A DNA stretch of 64,000 bases. Source: Candidatus Aenigmatarchaeota archaeon (lineage in GTDB: Archaea > Aenigmatarchaeota > Aenigmatarchaeia > GW2011-AR5). The notes beneath the pieces are model-generated. The model searched no databases, was not told the origin of the DNA, and saw only the letters and a program-made list of their open reading frames with translations. Below, piece after piece: positions 30,010 to 39,339 of the stretch (position 1 is its first letter; every line of letters begins with the position of its first letter). The translations under genes were made by a program, and so were the position numbers. The stretch is taken from contig JAWCLW010000001.1 in NCBI GenBank assembly GCA_039091535.1, positions 81,073 through 145,072 of the forward strand. Reading direction: 5' to 3'.

Positions 30010-30645
30010 ATGTTTGATTGGAAAATAATCGTAACATCTATTGTTGTATTATTAATAATTCTGGTTTTTATTTCTATTGATCCGACTGTTTCAAATTTTT
30101 TTAATTCTGTTTTTGATAAGGTCTCGGGACTTTTCAGATTTGAAATTTTCAATGAAGGTAAGAATATCAAATTTTATCTTAATGTTAGCGACTATAAACC
30201 AATAAATTTCAAAACAAATATACCAACAAATATAACACTACAACCAATAGAGTTTTATGCTGTTTTGAAAGATGGAAGTATAAACACAACAAAAACGATT
30301 AGAATAATAAATTTCAAGGGTTCTGGATATATAGGTAATACAATAAACTTAGATGGTAATTTTGAAAAATTAGAAATTGGTGAAATAGGGTCATTTTCAA
30401 ATAGTAGGATTAAGGCAGATGGGACATTTTCTAGTGTTATTATAGAAAATATTGGATTAAAAAATCTAAAAATTGAAAATTCAACAGGCTCTTTAATTGT
30501 CAACGAAACAGAAATTGCTTTCTCTTTAAAAACAATAGAAATAGTCTCACCATTTGGTCAATTCTCATTCTCAAAAGGTATGAGTATTGATGGTTTTGCA
30601 AATAAAATTTCTATTCCCGAAGAAAAAATAATTTTGGGTTATTGA
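30010..30645 (+). CDS. N-terminally anchored hypothetical protein
   Basis: A single N-terminal TM helix (IVTSIVVLLIILVFISI) is followed by beta-rich sequence. No motif recognised. Confidence 0.5.
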   Translation: MFDWKIIVTSIVVLLIILVFISIDPTVSNFFNSVFDKVSGLFRFEIFNEGKNIKFYLNVSDYKPINFKTNIPTNITLQPIEFYAVLKDGSINTTKTIRIINFKGSGYIGNTINLDGNFEKLEIGEIGSFSNSRIKADGTFSSVIIENIGLKNLKIENSTGSLIVNETEIAFSLKTIEIVSPFGQFSFSKGMSIDGFANKISIPEEKIILGY

Positions 30646-30698
30646 AATTGTCAACCTTTTTAAACTTTTTCATACATTACTGATTGTTGGTAGATTTT

Positions 30699-31862
30699 AT
30701 GATTTTGAATCAATCTGATATATTTGGTACAATAATATGGTTTATATTATTTTTTGTGCTTATTTTTATGTACCCAAGACTCATGCTCTCACAATTAATA
30801 TATAAACTAGAACAATCAGCAGAAAAGATGGAAAGGATGTCACAAGATTCTATAAAATTAATTGTAAAAAAAATTCAAAATAATATAACAAAAGATATGA
30901 AAAATAAGATTGAAGAATTTACAGACTTCTTTGTTATTGAGCCGTCAAACATAGATCCTTATGGAATTGTAAGGAAGATAGATGAAACAATAAGACGTAT
31001 GGAAACAAGATTTGATGAGTTTGTTGATGAAATTGCAGAAAATAAGGATTACAAAAATAAACAAGAAATAAATTATGGATTGCGTGCAGCAATAGGTCTT
31101 CGGCAAATAGCAAAAATTGTAAGACACAATGTTGAACTTGCAAAGAAATTTAAAAATCTTCAGATAGCCATGATATTGCAAATGCAAATGCCTATTATAG
31201 AAAAGATTGCTGAATCTGAACTAAAGGGAACAGAAGCTTTTGTTAATGGCATCCCTATCGGAGATTCTATAGGTCCTTTGGTTGCTGCATCTTTGATGAA
31301 CAAAAGTAATGAAATAGCAGAAGATGTTGTTTGTGATGAAATTAATATTGAAGATAGAAAATGTTTTGTACTCAAGGCAAAAGGTCCTGGACCACATCTT
31401 GGGCGTATAGATGAAGCAATAAATGCTATATTAAAAAAACATAAAATCTCACGCGTCATTACAATAGATGCAGCACAGAAATTAGAGGGTGAAAAGACTG
31501 GATCAGTTGCAGAGGGTGTTGGTTTTGCAATGGGTGGATGGGCGCAAAGAGAGATAATAGAGAATATTCTTCTCCCAAAAAAAATACCAATAGATAGTAT
31601 TGTTGTGAAAGTTGGATTTATGGAAGCTATTATGCCAATGAAAAAAGATATATTTGAATCATTACCAAAGGTTCATGAGGCAATAAAAAGAGCCGTAAGG
31701 AGATCGAAAAAGAATGAAAAAATTATTATAATAGGTGTTGGTAACTCATGTGGTATTGGTGATAATAAGAAAATATTGGATGACTTAAAAAAGAAAATAG
31801 ATGAAATAGATAAAAAATACAAAGAAGAGGAAGCAAAAGAGAAAAAGGGTGGATGGATATAA
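30699..31862 (+). CDS. conserved archaeal membrane-anchored protein (DUF1512-like, from memory)
   Basis: An N-terminal TM helix is followed by an about 350-aa soluble part. The overall layout resembles DUF1512 proteins. The family assignment is unverified. Confidence 0.45.
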   Translation: MILNQSDIFGTIIWFILFFVLIFMYPRLMLSQLIYKLEQSAEKMERMSQDSIKLIVKKIQNNITKDMKNKIEEFTDFFVIEPSNIDPYGIVRKIDETIRRMETRFDEFVDEIAENKDYKNKQEINYGLRAAIGLRQIAKIVRHNVELAKKFKNLQIAMILQMQMPIIEKIAESELKGTEAFVNGIPIGDSIGPLVAASLMNKSNEIAEDVVCDEINIEDRKCFVLKAKGPGPHLGRIDEAINAILKKHKISRVITIDAAQKLEGEKTGSVAEGVGFAMGGWAQREIIENILLPKKIPIDSIVVKVGFMEAIMPMKKDIFESLPKVHEAIKRAVRRSKKNEKIIIIGVGNSCGIGDNKKILDDLKKKIDEIDKKYKEEEAKEKKGGWI

Positions 31863-32226
31863 AAATTATAAATGCGATAGATATTATTCCTATGCATTTG
31901 AAATTCACTGACTTATTCACATGTTCACAAAAAATTTTCTTTTGTGTTCGTTAGTTGATCAGAATTCTTTAATAGATTTTGTTAAATTAAAGAATATTTT
32001 CAAAAGAAAAAATAAATTTATCTTGCGAATCTGTTAATTGTAATGTATCTGTGTTGTATTTGTGATTATAAATATGTTAGTTTCTATAAAGTAGTGACAA
32101 ATGCATAAGTTTAAAAGGATTTGGTATAATTATATAATCTCTCAAGAAATTTTTGTTACCAAACAAAAGATATATTTATAAAGATTTTGTTTAATATGTA
32201 TAATGTTAAAAAAAGAGGGTATTGAT

Positions 32227-33051
32227 ATGGTTGTAAGTTCAAAAACATTGGATGCATTAAAAACGATTGGTTTAAATAAATATGAAAGGAATTTGTGGGT
32301 CGCACTTCTTTCAAGAGGGGCATCAACTGCTGGAGAATTATCTGAAATATCTAAAGTTCCTAGATCTAGATGTTATGATGTCTTAGAATCATTAGCTGCA
32401 AAAGGCTTTATTGTTGTTCAACCTGGAAAACCATTGAAATATGTGGCCATAAATCCACGAGAGGCATTTGAGCGTGTGAAGAAAAAGATACAGGAAGATG
32501 CTGTTGAAATGGTTGAAAAGATTAATAGATTAGTAAAAACTGATACAATTAAAGAGCTTGAGAGGCTTCATAAAGAAAATATAAAAACAGTACAACCTGA
32601 GGATTTATCAGGGTCTTTAAAAGGCCGATATGCAATGTTGCAACAAATTGAAACAATGTTCAAAAAAGCGAAAAAATCAATAAAGCTTATGACCACAGAA
32701 TCCGGTCTATTAGAATTGATGGAACATCATTCTTCTCTTTTGAAGAAAATTTCTGCAAATGGTGTTAAAATACAGATAGCTGCTCCTATAACAAATAAGA
32801 CATCTGAAGTAGTAAAAGAACTTTCAAAATATGCCGAAATAAGAAATATAATGGATGTCGAACATATTGAAAAACTTCTTGGTCGACTTTATGTTGTTGA
32901 TGGTAATGAGCTTGTTCTTGGACTTACAGATGATACAAAAACTCATCCAACTCAAGATGTTGCATTTTGGACACAAAGCTCACATGCAACTTCTAATGTC
33001 TTTGAACCTATGTTTAAATTGATGTGGGCTCATGCAAAACCAATTAAATAA
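32227..33051 (+). CDS. TrmB-family transcriptional regulator
   Basis: LKTIGLNKYERNLWVALLSRGASTAGELSEISKVPRSRCYDVLESLAAKGFIV matches the TrmB winged helix. The ATG at 32227 follows GAGGGT. Confidence 0.85.
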   Translation: MVVSSKTLDALKTIGLNKYERNLWVALLSRGASTAGELSEISKVPRSRCYDVLESLAAKGFIVVQPGKPLKYVAINPREAFERVKKKIQEDAVEMVEKINRLVKTDTIKELERLHKENIKTVQPEDLSGSLKGRYAMLQQIETMFKKAKKSIKLMTTESGLLELMEHHSSLLKKISANGVKIQIAAPITNKTSEVVKELSKYAEIRNIMDVEHIEKLLGRLYVVDGNELVLGLTDDTKTHPTQDVAFWTQSSHATSNVFEPMFKLMWAHAKPIK

Positions 33052-33259
33052 ATCTTAATTAAAGCTTCCAAAAACTTAACAATGATAAAATGGTAAGTAT
33101 TATCTTATCTTAACCAAAATAGAGTGGTTAGTTAGAAATAAGATTCCATCTATTTCTATTTTGATACTAGAAAATTACTAGAAGTCTTCAAGATAGTAAT
33201 CTTTTGTTACTTCATATTTCTATAATTTATTTATATAACTAAAAAACAAAAATATACTT

Positions 33260-34507
33260 ATGTCTGTAGATATTTTGCTTTTATCTAAAATAATTCTTGC
33301 ACTACTTTTAGGTATATTCATTGGAACAGAGCGTGAATATCATAAAGGAAAGGTTGGATTGGGTATAAGAACAACAGCATTTATATCATTAATAGGAATG
33401 CTATCAACATATTTTTCATTAATCTATAATTCATCTTTAATTATGTTATTTACATTATTTACTGTTGCTGGATTTTCTATTTCAATATTTTGGTACCGTG
33501 TCAAAGAGCAGTTGCATCATGTTGGGCTAACGTCCTCTGCAACAATCCTTGTAACATTTTTTATTGGTGCAATGGTTGCTGTGAATTTATTTATAGAATC
33601 GATAATCCTTTCTGTAGCTGTTTTTATTCTTCTCTTTTCAAAAAAAAATATTAAGCATAAAATAAAAAATCTTACAGAAGAAGAAATAGTAAGTGCAATA
33701 CAGTTTGCGATTGTGGCATTTGTTATATATCCATTTATACCAGATGAAAAATTTATTTTTGTTAATTTTAAAGAAGTTTGGCTAATTGTCATCTTGGTTT
33801 CATTAATGTCATTCCTTGGATTTCTTGCGATTAGAAGATTTGGTGATGTAAAAGGTGTTTTATTCACAAGCATATTTGGCGGCATACTTACAAGCGGTGC
33901 AACAACTGTTGCACTTATAAATAATTATAAGAAGGATAGAAAATTACTTAATCTTTTCTTAGTTGGTATACTTTTGACATCGCTTATAATGGTATTCAGA
34001 AATCTTATTGTTGGTTTTATAGTATCACATGATATAGGTATGCTTGTGCCATTTTTGAGGTATATAATCATAAGTATAGTATACGCAATATTTGTTTTTT
34101 ATTTCTTAATAAAAAGATTTCCACATATATCTAAAAGAAAACATAAGATAAATGTAAAGTCCCCATTTGCAATAAAGCCTGCTTTATATTTTGGGGCTAT
34201 ATTTGTTTTTATTTTATTTATATCAAAATTGGCTTTTTTATACTTTGGTGATCAAGGTGTTATTATAGTAAGCTTCTTTGGCGGATTGGTAAATAGTGCA
34301 GCAACAACCGCTTCGTCTGCAACGCTATTCATGCAAGGCTATATAGATATGACAATATTTGTTTATTCAATTCTTTTAGCAACTATAGCAAGCTGGATTG
34401 ATGGTGTATTTGTAGCATATTTGTTCAATGAGAAAAAACTCGCCACTGCATTATTTAAATATATGTTTATATTAGTGATTTTACTGCTTGGTGTTAGCTT
34501 GATTTGA
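33260..34507 (+). CDS. MgtC/SapB-family membrane protein with DUF4010-like C-terminal half
   Basis: LALLLGIFIGTEREYHKGKVGLGIRTTAFISL matches the MgtC N-terminal signature. The protein is polytopic throughout. Confidence 0.75.
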   Translation: MSVDILLLSKIILALLLGIFIGTEREYHKGKVGLGIRTTAFISLIGMLSTYFSLIYNSSLIMLFTLFTVAGFSISIFWYRVKEQLHHVGLTSSATILVTFFIGAMVAVNLFIESIILSVAVFILLFSKKNIKHKIKNLTEEEIVSAIQFAIVAFVIYPFIPDEKFIFVNFKEVWLIVILVSLMSFLGFLAIRRFGDVKGVLFTSIFGGILTSGATTVALINNYKKDRKLLNLFLVGILLTSLIMVFRNLIVGFIVSHDIGMLVPFLRYIIISIVYAIFVFYFLIKRFPHISKRKHKINVKSPFAIKPALYFGAIFVFILFISKLAFLYFGDQGVIIVSFFGGLVNSAATTASSATLFMQGYIDMTIFVYSILLATIASWIDGVFVAYLFNEKKLATALFKYMFILVILLLGVSLI

Positions 34508-34517
34508 GGTGACTAAA

Positions 34518-35150
34518 ATGAATCTCCCTAAAGAAATCGAGAAATTTGTAAAGGCTTCATGGATTTTTTCAAATGTCATATATTTGATTATAATAGACAA
34601 GAAATATGAAAAACATATCAAAGAAAAAATGAAAAATTACAATTTAATAATAATCCAAACTGAAGATTTCTTTAAGTCTATCATGGAATATGATACAAAA
34701 CTTTTGATAAGCATAAGAGATGGAAAAATACTTTTTGATCCATTTGGAGTTGTAGGCGTAATCAAAAGAAGTGTTAAAAAAGGTATTATTGCAGGGACAA
34801 AAGAATCGTTATTTAGAAAATTCATGATAATACATAGATATCTTAATGAAATAGAAAATATAAAATACCACGTTTTCAACAATATCTACATGTCTGTTGT
34901 TGAATGTGGTCAAGCAGCATTAATAGCAAGAGGCTACCCAATATCGATACCAAGAGATATACCAAAACATATGAAAAAATACTTTTTAGGTAATGGCTTG
35001 GAAAAAACACATATTACATACTGTGAAGAGATAATAAAATTATATAAAAAATTTGAGCATGGGAAAACTCATTTACCCAATGGAAGAAAATTAGATGAAC
35101 TTGCAAAAAAGGCAGAAATATTTAGAAATGCTGTGAAGTCGATACTATGA
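34518..35150 (+). CDS. nucleotidyltransferase-like paralog lacking the catalytic motif, with helical HEPN-like C-terminal half
   Basis: The C-terminal helix SVVECGQAALIARG parallels SNAATEAAQILLLFEG of the downstream NTase gene. An RKFMIIH (Rx5H-like) motif is present. I found no GS...DxD motif. It overlaps the next gene by ATGA. Confidence 0.4.
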   Translation: MNLPKEIEKFVKASWIFSNVIYLIIIDKKYEKHIKEKMKNYNLIIIQTEDFFKSIMEYDTKLLISIRDGKILFDPFGVVGVIKRSVKKGIIAGTKESLFRKFMIIHRYLNEIENIKYHVFNNIYMSVVECGQAALIARGYPISIPRDIPKHMKKYFLGNGLEKTHITYCEEIIKLYKKFEHGKTHLPNGRKLDELAKKAEIFRNAVKSIL

Positions 35151-35896
35151 TAGATATCAAAAAAATAAATAATTTGTTGAAGCCGTTGATGAAATACAGG
35201 AAATATATAGAAGGCATATATATCTATGGAAGTGTGCTCCAGAAGAAAAAAGCAAATGATATAGATATTCTAATAATCCTTGTTGATTATCCTATCATTG
35301 GTGATAAAATAATAAAATCTATAGAAAATAACATAAAAGAAATTGAAAAAAATGCTGAAAAAGATAACATAAATTTACATTTCCAGCCATTAAAACCGCT
35401 TGATTTATGGTGGAACCTACTTATTCAAGGCGAACCATGGGTTGTGACATCGCTTAAGAAAATATTAATACTTTATGATAAGCATGGTTTAATAAAAGAA
35501 GTTCATAATTTCATAAAAGATGGTATGCTTTATTTAAGAGAAGAAAAAGCGGATAAATTGCTAGAGAGATCGGACAACCTCATACTAAAGAATAGGGATT
35601 TACTTCTTGAGAGTATTGTTCATCTTTCAAATGCAGCAACAGAGGCTGCTCAAATACTTTTACTTTTTGAAGGCAAGCTTGTTATTAACAAGAGAAAAAT
35701 AGCAAGAGATCTTATGAAATATAGTAAAACACTCTCTGTAGGCAACTATATAGAAATTATAGACCTTGAAGAAAAATTTGTAAAAGGTGTTTTGAGTGAA
35801 TTCACAGGCGAAAATTTGGATTACTATTCAGATGCCATCAAGAATTTCATAAATAAAATAGAAGCATTAATCCACAAAAAATACAAAGAAAAATAA
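35147..35896 (+). CDS. minimal nucleotidyltransferase (Pol-beta superfamily) with helical C-terminal domain
   Basis: IYIYGSVLQKKKANDIDILII matches the GS-x9-DxD NTase signature. Confidence 0.7.
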   Translation: MIDIKKINNLLKPLMKYRKYIEGIYIYGSVLQKKKANDIDILIILVDYPIIGDKIIKSIENNIKEIEKNAEKDNINLHFQPLKPLDLWWNLLIQGEPWVVTSLKKILILYDKHGLIKEVHNFIKDGMLYLREEKADKLLERSDNLILKNRDLLLESIVHLSNAATEAAQILLLFEGKLVINKRKIARDLMKYSKTLSVGNYIEIIDLEEKFVKGVLSEFTGENLDYYSDAIKNFINKIEALIHKKYKEK

Positions 35897-35958
35897 TTTA
35901 TTATTTAAAAGTTGTAAAATTTATAAACTTTTCCTTACACATATAATTTGTGATTAAA

Positions 35959-36597
35959 ATGAAAGATATCGATGATCTTTATAGATTAAAAATTAATGAT
36001 GAAGTTTTGCAAGGTATTTTTACTTGGCAAACTGTAGTTATTGATGAAGGTATAAAAGATTATTTGTTGTCTGAAGAAAAAGTTGATGAATATATAAATC
36101 TTTTATATATAGAAACTGAAAAGGTATTGATGGATATGGCTGAATATAGTTGGAAAAAAGTTCCATGTAATTGTAATCTAGATGATTGGTTTCCCCATGC
36201 ACTTCAAGGTATGAATCTTTCTGAAGCTCTTGAGAAAAGATTAGTAACATGCTTTCATAGATCTATTTTATATCAATTAATGGTTCAACAACTTCAACCA
36301 TATGCGATTGGCGCAATAATGGAGGGGGAAGTAAGAGAAGGTGAATTTTGTGAAGGTCATGCATACAATATAGTTTTTATTCCACAAACAAAAAAGAGAT
36401 TTTTAGTTGATACAGCATTTTTGAATAATGGTCAACCAATTGTTGCAGATTATAGTTGTGTTGAAAAATTAGGAGAATACGAACAAATTACAATCATATT
36501 AAAAGATGGTAAAAAAAGAAAATATTCTGGATATATATTAGAATATTTAAAAGATCCGGAAAAAACAAAAAAACATTTTGAAAGCTTACTTATTTAA
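35959..36597 (+). CDS. transglutaminase-like / papain-fold putative cysteine peptidase
   Basis: A candidate Cys-His-Asp triad has the right order and spacing: VTCFHRSILYQLM ... EGHAYNIVFI ... FLVDTAF. The call is by eye only. Confidence 0.45.
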   Translation: MKDIDDLYRLKINDEVLQGIFTWQTVVIDEGIKDYLLSEEKVDEYINLLYIETEKVLMDMAEYSWKKVPCNCNLDDWFPHALQGMNLSEALEKRLVTCFHRSILYQLMVQQLQPYAIGAIMEGEVREGEFCEGHAYNIVFIPQTKKRFLVDTAFLNNGQPIVADYSCVEKLGEYEQITIILKDGKKRKYSGYILEYLKDPEKTKKHFESLLI

Positions 36598-37529
36598 ATT
36601 TTTCTTATCATTATTATTTCAAAATCTTTTATATACGGGATTTCAACTCTTAATTTTTCTAAAAACTTATCTAATTCTATATTTGACTTAAAATCAACTT
36701 CGAATTCAAGATCCGAATCACCTATAATTTCATATATTTTTGTTACATTTGGATTCTGGGAAAGATATTGAATTATTATTTTCTTTTTTAATGGGTTATT
36801 TAACGTTATCAAGATTTTGTATTTTTCATATCCTAATAAAGATGTATTTAGATTAGGTATAAATCCTTTTATTATACCTTTTGCTATAAGATTTCTCAAT
36901 CTATAATTTAATGTTGTTGATGGTATACCCAATATTTTAGATAATTCTGTTATTTCTATTCTAGCATTTTCTATTATCACATCTAAAATTTTATAGTCTG
37001 TTTCATCTATTTCATAAGTTTTGTGATCTCCTATAACAATTGCTTTATGCATTCTATGCAAATATTTATGTCCTAAAAAGTAAATCTTTGTTATTATAGA
37101 AAAATCCTTGTTATGTATGTATTTTGAGTTTTTTTCTATAAAATTATCATAAAATTCATAAAAATCTCTTGATTTTCTTGCCCATACAACTATTTCTATA
37201 TCCCATCGGCTTTGAACAAATGTTTGTATATCCACACCTTTTATTTTTTTCAAATCATCTACTATTCTTTTTCTATCATTTAGGCCTAGATTATACAAAT
37301 TGACAAGAAGTTTATAAGATTCATATCCTAAAGAGAAATAATCTATAATTGAAAAAAACCCTTTTATAAAGCCAGAATCGATTAATCTTTTTAACCTATA
37401 GTTAGCAACTTCTTTGCTTACCAAAATTGCTCTTGCTATATGTGAAATGCTTTCTCTTGAGTTTTTTTCCAATTCATAAATTAATTTCAAATCCTTTATA
37501 TCCAATTTAAAATATTTTTTATTTTCCAT
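36594..37529 (-). CDS. tandem (duplicated) Lrp/AsnC-type transcriptional regulator
   Basis: Two HTH_AsnC modules are present: LDIKDLKLIYELEKNSRESISHIARAILVSKEVANYRLKRLIDSGFIKG and IDETDYKILDVIIENARIEITELSKILGIPSTTLNYRLRNLIAKGIIKG. Each is followed by a RAM-like domain. The start is trimmed to the ATG at 37529. Confidence 0.75.
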   Translation of the reverse strand: MENKKYFKLDIKDLKLIYELEKNSRESISHIARAILVSKEVANYRLKRLIDSGFIKGFFSIIDYFSLGYESYKLLVNLYNLGLNDRKRIVDDLKKIKGVDIQTFVQSRWDIEIVVWARKSRDFYEFYDNFIEKNSKYIHNKDFSIITKIYFLGHKYLHRMHKAIVIGDHKTYEIDETDYKILDVIIENARIEITELSKILGIPSTTLNYRLRNLIAKGIIKGFIPNLNTSLLGYEKYKILITLNNPLKKKIIIQYLSQNPNVTKIYEIIGDSDLEFEVDFKSNIELDKFLEKLRVEIPYIKDFEIIMIRKI

Positions 37530-37699
37530 ATTTTTATTATATAACAATTTATTTATATATTTTTCGTTTTTTGAGTAAAAAATATAACAAAAACTTTTTA
37601 TATATGTTCTTATTAATAAGTAATATCTTTGGGGTGTACAAATTAAAACCGATAACATATTGATGTTTGAAAAAAGCCATAAAAAAATGGTGGAGAAAA

Positions 37700-38587
37700 A
37701 TGAAATCTGAAAAAATAATTTTGCAAAAACCAAAAAAAGAAAATTTGTCTAAAATGCCAGACTTAGTTAGAAAATATTATGAAACTATTGAGAATAAAAA
37801 TTACAATCCTAGAGGGAAGATTTTTAGCATAGAAATTAAACGTGAGAGTTGGGATTCAGGAACAGACGGCATGGCTTATTTTAATGAGCTAATAGTGGAG
37901 AAAGAAAATAAAGTAGTCTATAGGAGTGGAATGATGAAATATAGAGGAGCTTACAACTGGGAAATTGATGATCACGACGCCCACTTGTTTGATCCTTCAA
38001 TTTTAGAAGAAAAAAGTAATGAAGTAGTATTTGGATTGAGAACTGGTGCAGGAAAAATAAAGATATACAGATTAAAAGGGGATAAGCTAGAAAATCTTTA
38101 CACTTTTGACATTGATGGTTACAAGAAAAAGAAGGAAAGAAATGAGTTAATTGAAAAAATTCTTGAAGATCCAGATGAATGGGTCAAGTATATTAAAAAT
38201 GAGCAAGGACATCATTGGTATGTTGATTATTGGAGTATGGAGGATTTGAAAAATAAAAAAGAAGAAGATAATAAATGGAGGGACGATTACCAAATTCTTG
38301 ATGATGGAAATTTGATTATAGCACTAGCGAAACATTACGATAGAGACTATGATCCTATCGCAGATTATTACAACGTGTACTTTTGGAAAAAAGGGGTTGG
38401 TATAGCAAAATCAAAAATTTATTATACAGGACTTAGCCACCCTTCGTTTGAAAAATTTTATATAATTGGTGTTGGATTTTTAGAACCAGCATCTTATGAT
38501 AAAGATAAACAGATAGTTATAGCAAAAATAGGAAATAAGGGACAAAACAAAGTAATAGAACATGAATTTGAGTTAGAAGAAAAGTAA
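37700..38587 (+). CDS. island gene A: uncharacterised Trp/Tyr/Asp-rich protein
   Basis: The ATG at 37700 follows GGTGGAG. No known domain recognised. The C-terminal part resembles gene C (ADYYNVYFWKKGVG versus YGYDTVYLVWKDKKGK). Confidence 0.6.
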   Translation: MKSEKIILQKPKKENLSKMPDLVRKYYETIENKNYNPRGKIFSIEIKRESWDSGTDGMAYFNELIVEKENKVVYRSGMMKYRGAYNWEIDDHDAHLFDPSILEEKSNEVVFGLRTGAGKIKIYRLKGDKLENLYTFDIDGYKKKKERNELIEKILEDPDEWVKYIKNEQGHHWYVDYWSMEDLKNKKEEDNKWRDDYQILDDGNLIIALAKHYDRDYDPIADYYNVYFWKKGVGIAKSKIYYTGLSHPSFEKFYIIGVGFLEPASYDKDKQIVIAKIGNKGQNKVIEHEFELEEK

Positions 38588-38630
38588 GGAGTTAGAAAAT
38601 TCAAAGAAGTATAATAACAAAAACAAAAGC

Positions 38631-38674
38631 CAATCGAGCACGACGCGATGAAGTAAATGGAGGGGTGAAGAAAA
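38631..38674 (+). repeat. junction element copy 1
   Basis: caatcGAGCACGACGCGATGAAGTAAATGGAGGGGTGAAGaaaa lies directly before the ATG at 38675. Confidence 0.9.
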
Positions 38675-39322
38675 ATGAAGAAAATGAAAATATTACTTGT
38701 GGAAGATCAAGAAGAAAATAGAAGAGCGGCTCAGCAATATTTTACTCAGAAAGATCATGTTCATGTAGAGTATGCTATTGATTATAATCAAGCAGTGGAA
38801 AAATTAAATAAAGAATTATATGATGGTATAATCACAGATATTTTCATGCCTCAGGAAACAGGAACAAATGAACGTCGTTTAGGAATTGAAGCTTATAAAA
38901 AGATCTATTTTAAAATATATGATGATTTTGAGAGAGAAGCTGCAAAGGAAGAAGGCTCCTACTTCATCCATACTATAGATCACGTATTAAATTGCTGTTA
39001 TGAATTAAAAGAGAAATTATTTGAAGGCAACAACAATCAGCCTTTAGGAGTCCTTATTGCAGAGAAAGCAGAAGAACTGGGAATCCCCTGTGTCATAGCA
39101 ACTTCATTGTTTCATCATCATGTGATGGCTGAACCAGTTTTCTATTATGTTTATCATAGTGATTCTTTAAAAAAGTGTAAAATATATGAAGGTGAGATAG
39201 TAACTGATGGCAGTGGAAGGAACTTAAAGACAACTCAAGAATATTGGGATGAAGTTTATACTGCTTTACTATCAAGAATCAAAGAAGAAAAAGGGGAAGC
39301 AGAGCACAACGCGATGAAGTAA
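38675..39322 (+). CDS. island gene B: receiver (REC/CheY-like) domain protein with atypical C-terminal half
   Basis: KILLVEDQEENRRAAQQYF...AIDYNQAVEKLNKELYDGIITDIFMP aligns residue-for-residue with CheY beta1-beta3 (acidic pair ED, phospho-acceptor D in TDIFMP). A long insert follows before a possible beta4 (VIATS). Confidence 0.65.
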   Translation: MKKMKILLVEDQEENRRAAQQYFTQKDHVHVEYAIDYNQAVEKLNKELYDGIITDIFMPQETGTNERRLGIEAYKKIYFKIYDDFEREAAKEEGSYFIHTIDHVLNCCYELKEKLFEGNNNQPLGVLIAEKAEELGIPCVIATSLFHHHVMAEPVFYYVYHSDSLKKCKIYEGEIVTDGSGRNLKTTQEYWDEVYTALLSRIKEEKGEAEHNAMK

Positions 39323-39339
39323 ATGGAGGGGTGAAGAAA
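39296..39339 (+). repeat. junction element copy 2 (its 5' half encodes the last 7 codons of gene B)
   Basis: gaagcaGAGCACAACGCGATGAAGTAAATGGAGGGGTGAAGaaa lies directly before the ATG at 39340. Confidence 0.9.
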
